Below, in pieces: positions 1 through 10,380 of a stretch of DNA of 64,000 nucleotides; the stretch's first letter is position 1, and the number at the start of each line of letters is the position of its first letter. The notes under the pieces were generated by a model that saw nothing but the letters and a program-made list of their open reading frames with translations, had not been told where the DNA came from and did not search any database. The stretch lies in IMG/VR virus record IMGVR_UViG_2778261505_000002, one strand, 5' to 3'. The stretch comes from a virus. Its lineage: Duplodnaviria > Heunggongvirae > Uroviricota > Caudoviricetes. The translations under genes and the position numbers were made by a program.

Positions 1-8
1 TTCCGTGG

Positions 9-500
9 ATGATTCTGGCTATTCGCAAGAATGTTGAGGGAGATGCCCCTTTCCATTTTAGCGAGATGAATGTGATCACACCTGATGGTTTCGAAATGCC
101 ATACCTGGGTAGACCGTATGTATTTGGCGTATTCGATTGCTGGATGTTGTGTCGGGACTATTTGAAGCGTGAGTTTAACGTCGAACTAAACCCGAACGCA
201 CACCTGCATATTCCATCGTGGTACACCGGCGATAACGACATTCTCGATCAGAACTACCGTAACGAGGGATTGGTACGGCTTGCACCCGGAACAGAGCCTC
301 AACGTGGGGACGTATTCTTTATCCAATACGGGAAAATGCCTGACCACTGCGCGGTTTATATCGGCGATGGAATGATTCTTCATCACCAGATCGACCGCCT
401 AAGTTGTCGTGCTTATTACGGCGGAATGTATCAGAAACATACGACGCATCACTTGCGTCACAGAGACTTGCTCAAGGGAGATGAGACGTGTCTGAGTTAG
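9..500 (+). CDS. Tail tip assembly protein, lambda gpK-like (NlpC/P60-type); probably 5'-truncated by the window edge
   Basis: NlpC/P60-like Cys motif (FDCWMLCRDY) and a His-containing C-terminal half; reading frame is open to position 1; sits directly upstream of gpI-like and gpJ-like genes. Confidence 0.65.
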   Translation: MILAIRKNVEGDAPFHFSEMNVITPDGFEMPYLGRPYVFGVFDCWMLCRDYLKREFNVELNPNAHLHIPSWYTGDNDILDQNYRNEGLVRLAPGTEPQRGDVFFIQYGKMPDHCAVYIGDGMILHHQIDRLSCRAYYGGMYQKHTTHHLRHRDLLKGDETCLS

Positions 501-1078
501 TTCATGTGCAGCTTGGCGGCCCTATGGCCAAACATTTTGGCCGCCACTGGCATCTAAAGGTGCGTAATACAAAACAAGCTCTGGATTTAATTGAGGCCAA
601 CAAGCCTGGGTTTAAAGCATGGATGAAGCGCAATATCAAAACCTATGACAGATACCACATCCAGATCACCAATAAACAGGGCCACAAGTGGTCTGTGGAC
701 GAGAGTGAATATCAGATGATGGGGCAGTCTGACAATATTGCAAAAATCCGCATTACACCTGTTCCGCGAGGAAGCGGTGGATCTGCTTTTGGATGGTTTC
801 AGACGGTTGTTGGAGCAGTATTAATGGTTGCCTCGATATGGGTGCCCGCTCTTGCGCCTCTCGGTTTGTCACTGATGATGGGCGGTATAGCGCAAATCAT
901 ATCTCCGCAAGCCACTAACGAAAGTGTGAGGCAGGCGGATAACTCGAACTCTTATTACTTTGATGGACCTCAAAACACAACAAACCAGGGGAACCCTGTA
1001 CAGCTTATCTATGGCGAGGAAATTTTAGTTGGCTCACAGGTCGTGAGTTCTTCTATCACCATCGACCAGCTTATGTAA
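488..1078 (+). CDS. Tail assembly protein, lambda gpI-like
   Basis: Position between K-like and J-like genes, 13-bp overlap with the upstream gene, Gly-rich hydrophobic C-terminal half typical of gpI. Confidence 0.6.
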   Translation: MSELVHVQLGGPMAKHFGRHWHLKVRNTKQALDLIEANKPGFKAWMKRNIKTYDRYHIQITNKQGHKWSVDESEYQMMGQSDNIAKIRITPVPRGSGGSAFGWFQTVVGAVLMVASIWVPALAPLGLSLMMGGIAQIISPQATNESVRQADNSNSYYFDGPQNTTNQGNPVQLIYGEEILVGSQVVSSSITIDQLM

Positions 1079-1089
1079 TCAAGGATTTT

Positions 1090-4000
1090 TTGGACATGGA
1101 ACAGTTCAAGAAGAAAAAATTACCGCTTCTTATTGCCGGTGCTGGTGGCAAGAAAAGTAAAAGCTCCAGCCGTACCCCGGTTGAAGCTGATGATACTGTC
1201 AATTCTCGTGCTATGGCAGCCATCCTCGACCTTCTTGGCGAGGGGGTTATCGGTGGCCTGGTAAATGGCGCAAAGTCGATCTTCATCGACGATTTACCGA
1301 TCTTGAATGAAGATGGCTCTTCCAACTTCAGCGGTATTACATGGGATTTTCGTGACGGCTCACAAGACCAGACGCCAATGGCTGGTTTTGATTTTGTTGA
1401 AACGCCTAAGTCCGTAAATATTCAGCTTAAAAAAACACACGACGTTACGGTTTCAATCGATAACGATGAAGCTGATCGCGTTCGTGTCATCATGAAATTC
1501 CCCTCTTTACGTAGCGTTGATAAAAGCTCTGGCGATACAAATGGCACTACGGTGAAGTACAAATTCCAGATCGCCAACGCAGACGCAACATTTTCTGATG
1601 TAGTGGCAGAAGGTGAGAAAAGCGTTGATATCACGCTAACGGCAAAGAAAACCGGCGTGTATTACCGTAGCTATGAGCTGAAACTGCCTAAGCCTGGTCG
1701 TGCATACAAGGTTAGGGTGATTCGTCTTACAGATGATAATAGTAGCCAGTACCTCTACAACGACACATGGGTTGATTCCATCGGTGAGATTGTCGACACG
1801 CCAATGAACTACCCTAACTCTGCTCTTGTTGGCTTGAAGGTCAATTCAGAGCAGTTTGGTAGCACAATGCCTTCCCGTTCGTATTTGGTGCGCGGTATCA
1901 AAATCCGAGTACCGTCAAACTACAACGAATACACCAATACTTATGTCGGCGTATGGGACGGTACTTTTAAGCTGTTGTCTTCTTCAAACCCTGCGTGGAT
2001 TCTCTACGATTTGCTTACCAATACTCGGTATGGTCTTGGGCAATTTGTGTCGGAATCCATGATTGACCTCGGCCAGCTCTACCAGATTGGTCGATATTGT
2101 GACGAAGAGGTCGATGATGGCTTTGGGGGTAAAGAGAAACGCTTTGCAATCAATACGCAGATCACCAGTCGACAAGACGCATACCGATTAATTCAGGATA
2201 TTGCCGGTGCATTCCGCGGCATGGTGTTTTGGGCTGGTGGCATGGTTAACATCATGCAGGATAGCCCATCAGATCCGGTAATGATGTTTACCAACTCCAA
2301 CGTCAAAGATGGACTGTTTACCTATAAAGGTTCTGCGCGTAAAGATCGCCCATCCGTTGCGCTCGTAACCTACAACAACAAGGAGGACGGTTATAAGCAA
2401 AATATCGAGTACGTTGAAGATCAGGACGCAATGCGCCGTTATGGTGAGCGTAAAACAGAAGTCGTAGCATTTGGATGTACAAGCCGAGGCCAGGCTCACC
2501 GAGTTGGTTTGTGGCTGTTGTATACCGCCAGAATGGAGTCGGATGTAATTACATTTACTGCCGGCTTAGACGCCTCATTTCTGATGCCTGGTGAAACCGT
2601 TCTGATTCAGAACAAATATCGTGCAGGTAAACGTAACTCCGGTCGAATTGTGGAGTTTACCAAAAACAGCATCACTCTCGATGCGCCTGTGTCGTTAGCT
2701 AAAAGCGGCAGCTTTATTCGGATATTGAATCAGGAAGGCAAAATCGTTGAACGCGATGTTCTTGAAACTGGCGAAAACATAACAAAGGTTACGTTTTCAA
2801 AAGCCCTGTCGTCAGCGGAAACGCCTGTTTTGAACGGTGTCTGGACAATTACAGAACCAGATCTCGAACCTATGCGCGTTCGCATCGTTAACATCGCACA
2901 GGGGGAAACGTCGGGTAGCTTTGACATCACCGCTGTTGAGAACAATCCGTCTAAATATGAGGCAATCGACAATGGTGCAACGCTGATCCCGCAGAATACG
3001 ACGGTATTGGACCCAACTTACTCCAAGCCATCTAATCTGCAAATCACTGAAGGGACTTATCTCTCAAGCCCGGGCAACCTGTCAGTAAAACTGACTGCAA
3101 CATGGGAAGGGAAATCTCCAGAGTATTGGATCAGTTGGCGACGTTCTGATGAAAACAATGTATCGAACTGGCAATCGGCGCGTGTAACCGAAGAGCAATA
3201 CGAAATCGTTAATGTCGCGGAGAATGGACGCTACGACTTCCAGCTGTATGCGGTTTCATTCAACGGTAAAAAAACAGAGATTATCAGTACCGTTTATCAG
3301 GTGTTGGGCACAATGACACCGCCTGATGCCCCAACGTCATTAACGGCCGTTGGAGACTATCGTAATGTGATACTGAATTGGGTTAATCCAGATTCGGTAG
3401 ACCTTGATCACATTAATGTTTACGCATCCCAGACCAACAATCTGGATACGGCGAAACTGATCGCAGAGTCTGCAAGCACCACCTTTACACATGCTGGTCT
3501 TGGGGATAGCGAAACGTGGTATTACTGGGTTCGAGCATCGAACAAGCGAGGTATGTTAAGTCCTCCGAACTCAAACTTGGGTACAGAGGCGACAACTCGC
3601 GATGTACTGTCGTTCCTGACTGGCAAAATTACATCTTCCGAGCTTGGTCAGGCTCTGCTTGAGGACATCAACAGCAAAGTCTCTCAAGAAGCAGTTGACG
3701 AGTTAAATGAGCATATCAACCAGAGCGTCGAATCTTTAGAGGGGGCGGTAAACGACGTTAAGGAAGATATAGCTGAATTAGATAAGCAGTTCAGCGATAA
3801 CCTCGCGGGTTTTGAAATAAAATTCAACGAGCGTAGCGATGCTTTGGAGAACGCACAAACCGAGCTTAAAGGTGAGGTTTCGGCAACGATTAACAAGGTC
3901 AATGAAGCGTTTGAAAAAATTGATGCTACTGATGCTGCAATTGTTGAAATCGAAAACACCGTATCTGAACACGATAAAGCTCTCGCTAATACAGTCGAGG

Positions 4001-5820
4001 CAATAAAGGCTGCAAGAGATGAAGCGGCGGCTCTTATTGCTAAGGAAAGCGAGGCTCGTGTTGAAGGTGATGCTGCAAACGCTAAACAACTGGAAGTGTT
4101 GCAGTCAACGGTAGAGGAAAGCTCCGCTGCCGTTGAAGAAATGAAAAAGACGGTTGCAGAGGTCGATCGTGCCAGTGCAGAACTGACTACGAACATTGAG
4201 GCTTTGGCCAAAACAAATATTGACCTGGCTCTTCGTCAAGATGAAGACCAGCACAAGCAGATGGTCAATAACGCGAAGATCGCAACAACACAGAAAACCT
4301 TTGCTGATGATATGTCTGCAATGGCCACGAAGGTTGAGGAAATTCGCGTAGAAATTGGCGAAGATATTAAGGCCAGTATTCTGGAAGAGTCCACCGCTCG
4401 TGCCGATGGCGATGAAGCGTTGGCAAAGCGTGTCACTCAGCTGCAATCTAAGTTTGAAGGAGATATCAGCGCGGCGATTAGTACAGAGCAGGAGGCTCGT
4501 ACATCTGCCGATGAAGCTCTGACGACACAAATCACTCAGCTTGAGTCGAAAGTAAGCAACGATATCGTCGCAGCTATTAAGGAAGAGCAAGAAGCCCGAG
4601 CAACGGAAGATTCGGCTCTGGCAAGCCAGATCACCCAACTTCAGGCAAAGGTTGATGATGATATTTCTGCTGCAATACGCAGTGAGCAGGAGGCCCGAGC
4701 AAGCGGGGACTCTGCGTTAGCCAAACAAATAAACCAGCTTCAGTCAAAGGTTGACGGTGATATATCCGCTGCCATCACTCAGGAGCAGGAGGCCAGAGCA
4801 AGTGCTGACCAGGCGCTCTCACGAGAAATTAACAGCCTGCGAGCACAAACCGGAACTGATATTGCCGCAGCGGTTGCTGTAGAGACAAAAGCAAGGACTG
4901 ATGCCGATAGTGCATTGTCTACCCAGATTACGTCTCTTACAGCAAAAGCTAATGATCTCAAGGCGTCTCTTGCCAGAGAAACAACGGCTCGTGCAGATGG
5001 TGATACCGCTTTAACAAAAGAGGTTTCAAGTTTAAAAGCACAGACAGCGAAAGATATTAGTGCGGCCGTTGCAGTTGAAACGCAGGCTCGAACTGATGCT
5101 GACTCGGCGTTGTCGTCTCAGATCACCAAGCTGACCTCTCAATACAAAGAGGATATTAAAGCGGCTGTAGCAACCGAAACGAAAACGCGTACAGAGCAAG
5201 ATGCTGCATTGGCGACTCAAATCACAAACTTAGAGTCTCAAACGGCAGCCAACATTTCCGCGGCGGTCACAACTGAAACGAAAGCGAGAACGCAGGCAGA
5301 TAATGCTCTGAGTGGGCGAATCGATACTCTGAAAGCAGAGGTGAATGGAAATACCGCGACAATTCAACAGCAGGCAACAGCTATTGCTGATACCAACAAA
5401 AAAGTGTCAACCGCGTGGACGTTGAAAATGGAGACTTCAACGAGCGGAGGGCAGAAGTATGTTGCCGGTATTGCGCTTGGTATTGACACCACTGGGCTAT
5501 CTCAGTTTTTGGTTCAGGCGGACAGGTTTGGTTTGGTCAACTCTGTTAACGGGAAGATCACAACGCCATTTGTTATCGAAAACAGTATCGCCTATATGAA
5601 TGGAGCGTATATCAAGGATGGCACAATCACCAATGCAAAAGTAGGCGATCTGCAATCTACCAATTTTGTTAGCGGTAGATCTGGATGGCGGTTCGGCAAA
5701 AATGGAACGCTTGAGATCAACGGTAATAGCGGCGGCAATGGGCGATTGGTTATAAATGGTCAGCGGATTGACGTTTATGACGATAACAACGTCTTACGAG
5801 TAAGAATTGGCCGTCTGTGA
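1090..5820 (+). CDS. Tail tip / host specificity protein, lambda gpJ-like (central tail fibre), with a coiled-coil tandem-repeat domain
   Basis: 1576 aa; N-terminus resembles lambda J; FN3-like middle section; about ten tandem ~33-aa repeats (EQEARxxxDxALxxQIxxLxSKVxxDIxAAI) between ~4380 and 5340. Confidence 0.8.
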   Translation: MDMEQFKKKKLPLLIAGAGGKKSKSSSRTPVEADDTVNSRAMAAILDLLGEGVIGGLVNGAKSIFIDDLPILNEDGSSNFSGITWDFRDGSQDQTPMAGFDFVETPKSVNIQLKKTHDVTVSIDNDEADRVRVIMKFPSLRSVDKSSGDTNGTTVKYKFQIANADATFSDVVAEGEKSVDITLTAKKTGVYYRSYELKLPKPGRAYKVRVIRLTDDNSSQYLYNDTWVDSIGEIVDTPMNYPNSALVGLKVNSEQFGSTMPSRSYLVRGIKIRVPSNYNEYTNTYVGVWDGTFKLLSSSNPAWILYDLLTNTRYGLGQFVSESMIDLGQLYQIGRYCDEEVDDGFGGKEKRFAINTQITSRQDAYRLIQDIAGAFRGMVFWAGGMVNIMQDSPSDPVMMFTNSNVKDGLFTYKGSARKDRPSVALVTYNNKEDGYKQNIEYVEDQDAMRRYGERKTEVVAFGCTSRGQAHRVGLWLLYTARMESDVITFTAGLDASFLMPGETVLIQNKYRAGKRNSGRIVEFTKNSITLDAPVSLAKSGSFIRILNQEGKIVERDVLETGENITKVTFSKALSSAETPVLNGVWTITEPDLEPMRVRIVNIAQGETSGSFDITAVENNPSKYEAIDNGATLIPQNTTVLDPTYSKPSNLQITEGTYLSSPGNLSVKLTATWEGKSPEYWISWRRSDENNVSNWQSARVTEEQYEIVNVAENGRYDFQLYAVSFNGKKTEIISTVYQVLGTMTPPDAPTSLTAVGDYRNVILNWVNPDSVDLDHINVYASQTNNLDTAKLIAESASTTFTHAGLGDSETWYYWVRASNKRGMLSPPNSNLGTEATTRDVLSFLTGKITSSELGQALLEDINSKVSQEAVDELNEHINQSVESLEGAVNDVKEDIAELDKQFSDNLAGFEIKFNERSDALENAQTELKGEVSATINKVNEAFEKIDATDAAIVEIENTVSEHDKALANTVEAIKAARDEAAALIAKESEARVEGDAANAKQLEVLQSTVEESSAAVEEMKKTVAEVDRASAELTTNIEALAKTNIDLALRQDEDQHKQMVNNAKIATTQKTFADDMSAMATKVEEIRVEIGEDIKASILEESTARADGDEALAKRVTQLQSKFEGDISAAISTEQEARTSADEALTTQITQLESKVSNDIVAAIKEEQEARATEDSALASQITQLQAKVDDDISAAIRSEQEARASGDSALAKQINQLQSKVDGDISAAITQEQEARASADQALSREINSLRAQTGTDIAAAVAVETKARTDADSALSTQITSLTAKANDLKASLARETTARADGDTALTKEVSSLKAQTAKDISAAVAVETQARTDADSALSSQITKLTSQYKEDIKAAVATETKTRTEQDAALATQITNLESQTAANISAAVTTETKARTQADNALSGRIDTLKAEVNGNTATIQQQATAIADTNKKVSTAWTLKMETSTSGGQKYVAGIALGIDTTGLSQFLVQADRFGLVNSVNGKITTPFVIENSIAYMNGAYIKDGTITNAKVGDLQSTNFVSGRSGWRFGKNGTLEINGNSGGNGRLVINGQRIDVYDDNNVLRVRIGRL

Positions 5821-5913
5821 TGGTGGAAAAAAAATTTTATATCGGTAAAAATAGGTAAGTATCTACTTAATGGCGGGCAAGGATAGCCCGCCAAATCAAG
5901 GAGCATATTCAAC

Positions 5914-8900
5914 ATGTGGTACAGGGAAGGTACTATCACATTTACACAGGGCAGCAATACTCTGGTTGGGGCAGGGACAGCCTGGAACGTAACAGCTAAT
6001 GGTGTGTTGCCGGGGATGATCGTCATTGGCCCCGACAATAAGCTGTATGAGATCAAGCGCGTAACCAGTGATACGAACATTGTTCTCTCAGAACCTTATA
6101 CCGGCGAAACTCAGTCTGAAGTTCCGTGCCGAATCATTACGACCTATGAAGGCGACTTAACACAGTTTAGCGCGCGCTTTACTGCGCTAATGTCGCGTAT
6201 ATCGGCTGATTCCAAGTCCATACGCAGTTGGTTGACTGCGCTGGATGAGGTGACAATCGAGCGTGAAGACGGTACAGAAGTGACCGTTAAGCCGCTAATG
6301 CAGATCGTCAACGAGCACAACGAAAACGTTGAGTGGTATAAAAATAACACTGACGCGATTGATGCTGCTGGCGACAAAGCTCGTGAGGCGGCGGCCAGTG
6401 CTGCCGCAGCAGCAAAAAGCGCCAATGCCGCTGGAGAAAAAGCCTCTCAAGCGTCTCAAAGTGCATCCGCTGCGGCATCCTCACAAAGTGCCGCAAGTGC
6501 GAGTGCAACTGCTGCGAAAAAATCTGAAACGAATGCTGCAGCGTCACAAAAATCTGCAGCCACTTCTGCATCCACCGCGACCACGAAGGCGTCAGAAGCT
6601 GCCACCTCAGCCCGGGATGCGGCGGCCTCAAAAGAGGCAGCGAAATCATCAGAAACGAGCGCAGCCTCGAGCGCCAGTAATGCCGCTTCCTCGGCAACGG
6701 CGGCAGGAAATTCCGCGAAGGCGGCAAAAACGTCCGAGACGAACGCCAGGTCTTCTGAAACGGCAGCGGGACAGAGCGCCTCGGCTGCGGCAGGCTCAAA
6801 AACAGCGGCTGCGTCGTCTGCCAGTGCCGCGTCAACAAGTGCCGGGCAGGCCTCAGCCAGTGCCACCGCCGCCGGAAAATCGGCAGAAAGTGCCGCATCG
6901 TCTGCTTCAACTGCCACAACGAAGGCTGGCCAAGCCACTGAACAGGCCAGCGCAGCAGCGAGGTCTGCTTCCGCAGCGAAGACATCCGAAACGAACGCGA
7001 AAGCGTCGGAAACCCGTGCAGAATCCTCAAAAACGGCAGCCGCATCGTCCGCCAGTTCGGCGGCGTCATCGGCATCATCGGCGTCTGCTTCAAAAGATGA
7101 GGCGACCAGACAGGCGTCAGCAGCGAAGGGCAGCGCCACGACGGCATCCACGAAAGCAACAGAGGCGGCAGGCAGTGCGACGGCAGCATCTCAGAGCAAA
7201 ACTGCTGCTGAATCCGCTGCGACCCGTGCGGAAGCTGCTGCTGATCGTGCTGAAGAGATTGCCGGTGCAGTTGCGATGGAAGACGCAAGCCTTACAACTA
7301 AAGGTGTTGTGAAACTTAGCAGTGCTGTCGACAGCACCAGTGAATCGCTGGCCGCAACGCCAAAAGCAGTTAAAGCAGCCAATGACAATGCGAATAGCAG
7401 GGTGCCATCTAACCGAAAAGTTAACGGTAAAGCACTGACTGCGGATATCAAATTAACGCCGAAAGATATTGGTACTTTAAATTCAGTAACGATGTCTTTC
7501 TCTGGCGGGGCAGGGTGGTTCAAACTGGCTACGGTTACCATGCCACAAGCGAGTTCCATCGTTTACATCGCATTGATTGGTGGCGCTGGTTACAACGTCG
7601 GCTCCCCACATCAGGCAGGCATTTCAGAACTGGTTCTACGAGCAGGCAATGGAAACCCCAAAGGGATTACAGGTGCTTTGTGGAAGCGTACAGCTGTCGG
7701 ATTAACGAATTTCGCCTGGATCAACACATCCGGCGATACATATGATATTTACGTTGAGATTGGCAATTATGCGACTCGTGTAAATATCCATTGGGATTGT
7801 ACTGCAAATGCGACAGTTTCTATTTATACCTCGCCAACATATTCAGCGAGTAAGCCTTCCAGCGTTACCGATGGTGTTGTTTATACGATGTATAGCACAC
7901 ATCAGAAACCGACGCCGTTAGATATTGGAGCACTGCCAACAACCGGAGGAACAGTTTCAGGTCCGTTGTCTGTTACAGGTGGATTAACTGGTTCATTGAA
8001 TGGTAATGCAAGTACAGCCACGAAATTGCAGACGGCAAGATCTATCGGTGGAGTTGTTTTCGACGGTTCTGCAAATATTAACCTTCCAGGTGTAAACACT
8101 ACGGGTAATCAGAACACCACTGGTAATGCTGCAACTGCTACAAAACTTCAGACGGCAAGAACTATCGGCGGCGTGAGCTTTGATGGTACTGCGAATATTA
8201 ATTTGCCAGGTGTTAATACGACTGGTAATCAGAACACAACGGGCAACGCGGCTACTGCTACGAAGTTGCAGACTGCGCGTACTATCAATGGGGTGTCGTT
8301 TGACGGCTCGGCAAATATTGCCTTGTCGCCAGCAAATATAGGTTGCCCGGCATCTCCTACTGGTTGGTTAACTACAGGAAGTAATGGAGGAGCAATAACG
8401 ACAGCCCAGTTAGTTACTTTGTTGCAAAATAACGGGGCATTCAGTACGAAAGCATGGATCGCTCGTTGTGCATGGGCGTATGCGAATAGTGCATCCATAC
8501 CAGACAGTGAAACTGGTTGTGGCATTATTCCACTGGCGGGTGCTGTGATAGAAGTATTCAGCAATAATACCAACAATTACACCATTCGAATAACAACGGC
8601 CACTACGACAAATGTCTCTGGTGCACTCACTAATGCGGAGTTTATCTATGTGTCTAATGGCTCAAGTTATTCACCTGGATGGCGCAGAGCGTATAACACT
8701 AGAAACAAACCAACAGCTTCTGATGTAGGAGCATTACCGCTTTCAGGTGGCACATTATCTGGAGGGTTAACGTCTTCTGGTGAGATCGTTTCAAAATATG
8801 CAAATGGTTTCCGCATTGCTTACGGTAACTTTGGGTTCTTTATCCGTAATGATGGGGCGAACACATATTTCCTGCTAACAGCATCAGGAGACACATTAGG

Positions 8901-10065
8901 TTCATGGAACGGTTTGCGACCTATTACAATTAATAATACCAGCGGTGCTGTATCAATTGGTAATGGACTAAATGTGACTGGTGGCGTAAATGGTAGTTTG
9001 AACGGTAATGCTTCAACAGCTACGAAGTTGCAAACAGCGAGAAACATCAATGGTGTTAAGTTTGATGGTTCAGGCGATATCAATATTAATACATTGGTAT
9101 CTCGTGGCCGAGTTACGGCGTTAAGCGGCTCTACTCAAGGCACTGCTGGCATTCAAATGTATGAGGTGTACAACAATAGCTACCCGACCACGTATGGCAA
9201 CGTATTGCACATGAAAGGTGCGAGTGCTGCTGGTGAGGGCGAGTTGCTTATTGGCTGGAGTGGTACGAGCGGTGCACATGCGCCGGTTTTCATTCGCTCC
9301 CGAAGAGATTACACAGGTGCGGCATGGTCAGCGTGGGCGCAGGTATATACATCAAGGGACTCCATTCCTGGTGTGAATGCCACTGGTAATCAGAACACTA
9401 CTGGTAATGCCGCAACCGCCACAAAATTGCAGACAGCAAGGAAAATTGCTGGTGTGGCGTTTGATGGCTCTGCCGATATAACTTTGACTGCGGCTAACCT
9501 TAATGCTTACACGAAAACAGAGGTAGCAAACCTTCTAAGTTCCTATGCAAGCAGATCATCACTGACAGGCTATAGTGGCAACCTGGATATTGTTGCTGAA
9601 ACACTGGTTGTCAAATCAGGCGGTAGTGGAGGGTTTGCTATATGGGATATTGGCACAACTACTAGCGGTGCCAATATGTACATTGATCCAAACCCAGGTA
9701 TCAATACAGTTTGGCGTTCAACGTCTTCAAGGCGCTATAAAAAGGATATTGAAACATTACAAGATCGATATGCTGATGAACTTTTGTCATTAAGACCTGT
9801 TTGGTATCGTTCAATTTGTCGAGGTGACCGAAAGGATTGGGGGTATTACGGCCTTATTGCTGAAGAGGTTGGTGAGATTGCCCCGCAATATGTCCATTGG
9901 CGTGAACCAACAAATAATGATTCTCCAGAAGATATTTCCTCAAATGGTATGGTCGCTGAAGGAGTGATGTATGAGCGTTTGGTTGTACCACTCATTCATC
10001 ATATTCAGCAATTGACCAAAAGGGTTGAGGAGCTTGAAACGAAGTTAAATTCACCTAAAGAATAA
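5914..10065 (+). CDS. Tail fibre protein with C-terminal intramolecular chaperone (peptidase S74-like) domain
   Basis: 1383 aa; Ala/Ser-rich repeats (SETNA...); repeated NTTGNAATATKLQTARxIGGVxFDGxANI modules; C-terminal segment (YKKDIETL...GLIAEEV...ELETKLN) typical of the auto-cleaving chaperone domain of endosialidase/T5 pb1-type fibres. Confidence 0.8.
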   Translation: MWYREGTITFTQGSNTLVGAGTAWNVTANGVLPGMIVIGPDNKLYEIKRVTSDTNIVLSEPYTGETQSEVPCRIITTYEGDLTQFSARFTALMSRISADSKSIRSWLTALDEVTIEREDGTEVTVKPLMQIVNEHNENVEWYKNNTDAIDAAGDKAREAAASAAAAAKSANAAGEKASQASQSASAAASSQSAASASATAAKKSETNAAASQKSAATSASTATTKASEAATSARDAAASKEAAKSSETSAASSASNAASSATAAGNSAKAAKTSETNARSSETAAGQSASAAAGSKTAAASSASAASTSAGQASASATAAGKSAESAASSASTATTKAGQATEQASAAARSASAAKTSETNAKASETRAESSKTAAASSASSAASSASSASASKDEATRQASAAKGSATTASTKATEAAGSATAASQSKTAAESAATRAEAAADRAEEIAGAVAMEDASLTTKGVVKLSSAVDSTSESLAATPKAVKAANDNANSRVPSNRKVNGKALTADIKLTPKDIGTLNSVTMSFSGGAGWFKLATVTMPQASSIVYIALIGGAGYNVGSPHQAGISELVLRAGNGNPKGITGALWKRTAVGLTNFAWINTSGDTYDIYVEIGNYATRVNIHWDCTANATVSIYTSPTYSASKPSSVTDGVVYTMYSTHQKPTPLDIGALPTTGGTVSGPLSVTGGLTGSLNGNASTATKLQTARSIGGVVFDGSANINLPGVNTTGNQNTTGNAATATKLQTARTIGGVSFDGTANINLPGVNTTGNQNTTGNAATATKLQTARTINGVSFDGSANIALSPANIGCPASPTGWLTTGSNGGAITTAQLVTLLQNNGAFSTKAWIARCAWAYANSASIPDSETGCGIIPLAGAVIEVFSNNTNNYTIRITTATTTNVSGALTNAEFIYVSNGSSYSPGWRRAYNTRNKPTASDVGALPLSGGTLSGGLTSSGEIVSKYANGFRIAYGNFGFFIRNDGANTYFLLTASGDTLGSWNGLRPITINNTSGAVSIGNGLNVTGGVNGSLNGNASTATKLQTARNINGVKFDGSGDININTLVSRGRVTALSGSTQGTAGIQMYEVYNNSYPTTYGNVLHMKGASAAGEGELLIGWSGTSGAHAPVFIRSRRDYTGAAWSAWAQVYTSRDSIPGVNATGNQNTTGNAATATKLQTARKIAGVAFDGSADITLTAANLNAYTKTEVANLLSSYASRSSLTGYSGNLDIVAETLVVKSGGSGGFAIWDIGTTTSGANMYIDPNPGINTVWRSTSSRRYKKDIETLQDRYADELLSLRPVWYRSICRGDRKDWGYYGLIAEEVGEIAPQYVHWREPTNNDSPEDISSNGMVAEGVMYERLVVPLIHHIQQLTKRVEELETKLNSPKE

Positions 10066-10077
10066 ACAACTTCAATC

Positions 10078-10105
10078 GGGGCTGGAGCTAAACCAGCCCC
10101 TGCTT
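10078..10105 (+). terminator. Candidate terminator hairpin after the tail fibre gene
   Basis: GGGGCTGG-(7 nt)-CCAGCCCC stem-loop directly after the stop codon; T-tract is weak. Confidence 0.4.
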
Positions 10106-10125
10106 AAAAGTATAAGGATATATTT

Positions 10126-10380
10126 ATGAGCTATGGTGCACAGGTTTGGTCGCCATCAAGACAGGAGATGGTCAATGCGTTGGCCCCTGTTTATTACCTC
10201 GATTATTTTACTCCCTCTGGTTCAGGAAGTAGAACATATGAGGTTGAGGCGGGATTGGGAATCGACTATTACATAATGGACGTAACCAATGGAAAGTACA
10301 CAAGTCTTACGGTTTCTGGAAATACCATTTCGTGGTCTGGAGCTAGTGGTAATTTAAACATATTGGTTTTTCAAAAATAA
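10126..10380 (+). CDS. Hypothetical protein (tail-fibre-adjacent)
   Basis: ORF with upstream AAGGA RBS; no recognisable motif. Confidence 0.4.
   Translation: MSYGAQVWSPSRQEMVNALAPVYYLDYFTPSGSGSRTYEVEAGLGIDYYIMDVTNGKYTSLTVSGNTISWSGASGNLNILVFQK

Noticed and set aside
3684-4638. Minus-strand ORFs of 175-177 aa within the gpJ-like gene
   Set aside because: Antisense to the coiled-coil tandem-repeat region; stop-free by repeat composition, not independent genes
6308-7312. Long alternative-frame ORFs (6308-7288 minus, 6329-7312 plus, 6456-7151 minus) inside the tail fibre gene
   Set aside because: They overlap the Ala/Ser-rich GC-biased repeat tract of the fibre gene; their proteins are low-complexity P/R/Q- or A/D-rich artefacts lacking RBS and context
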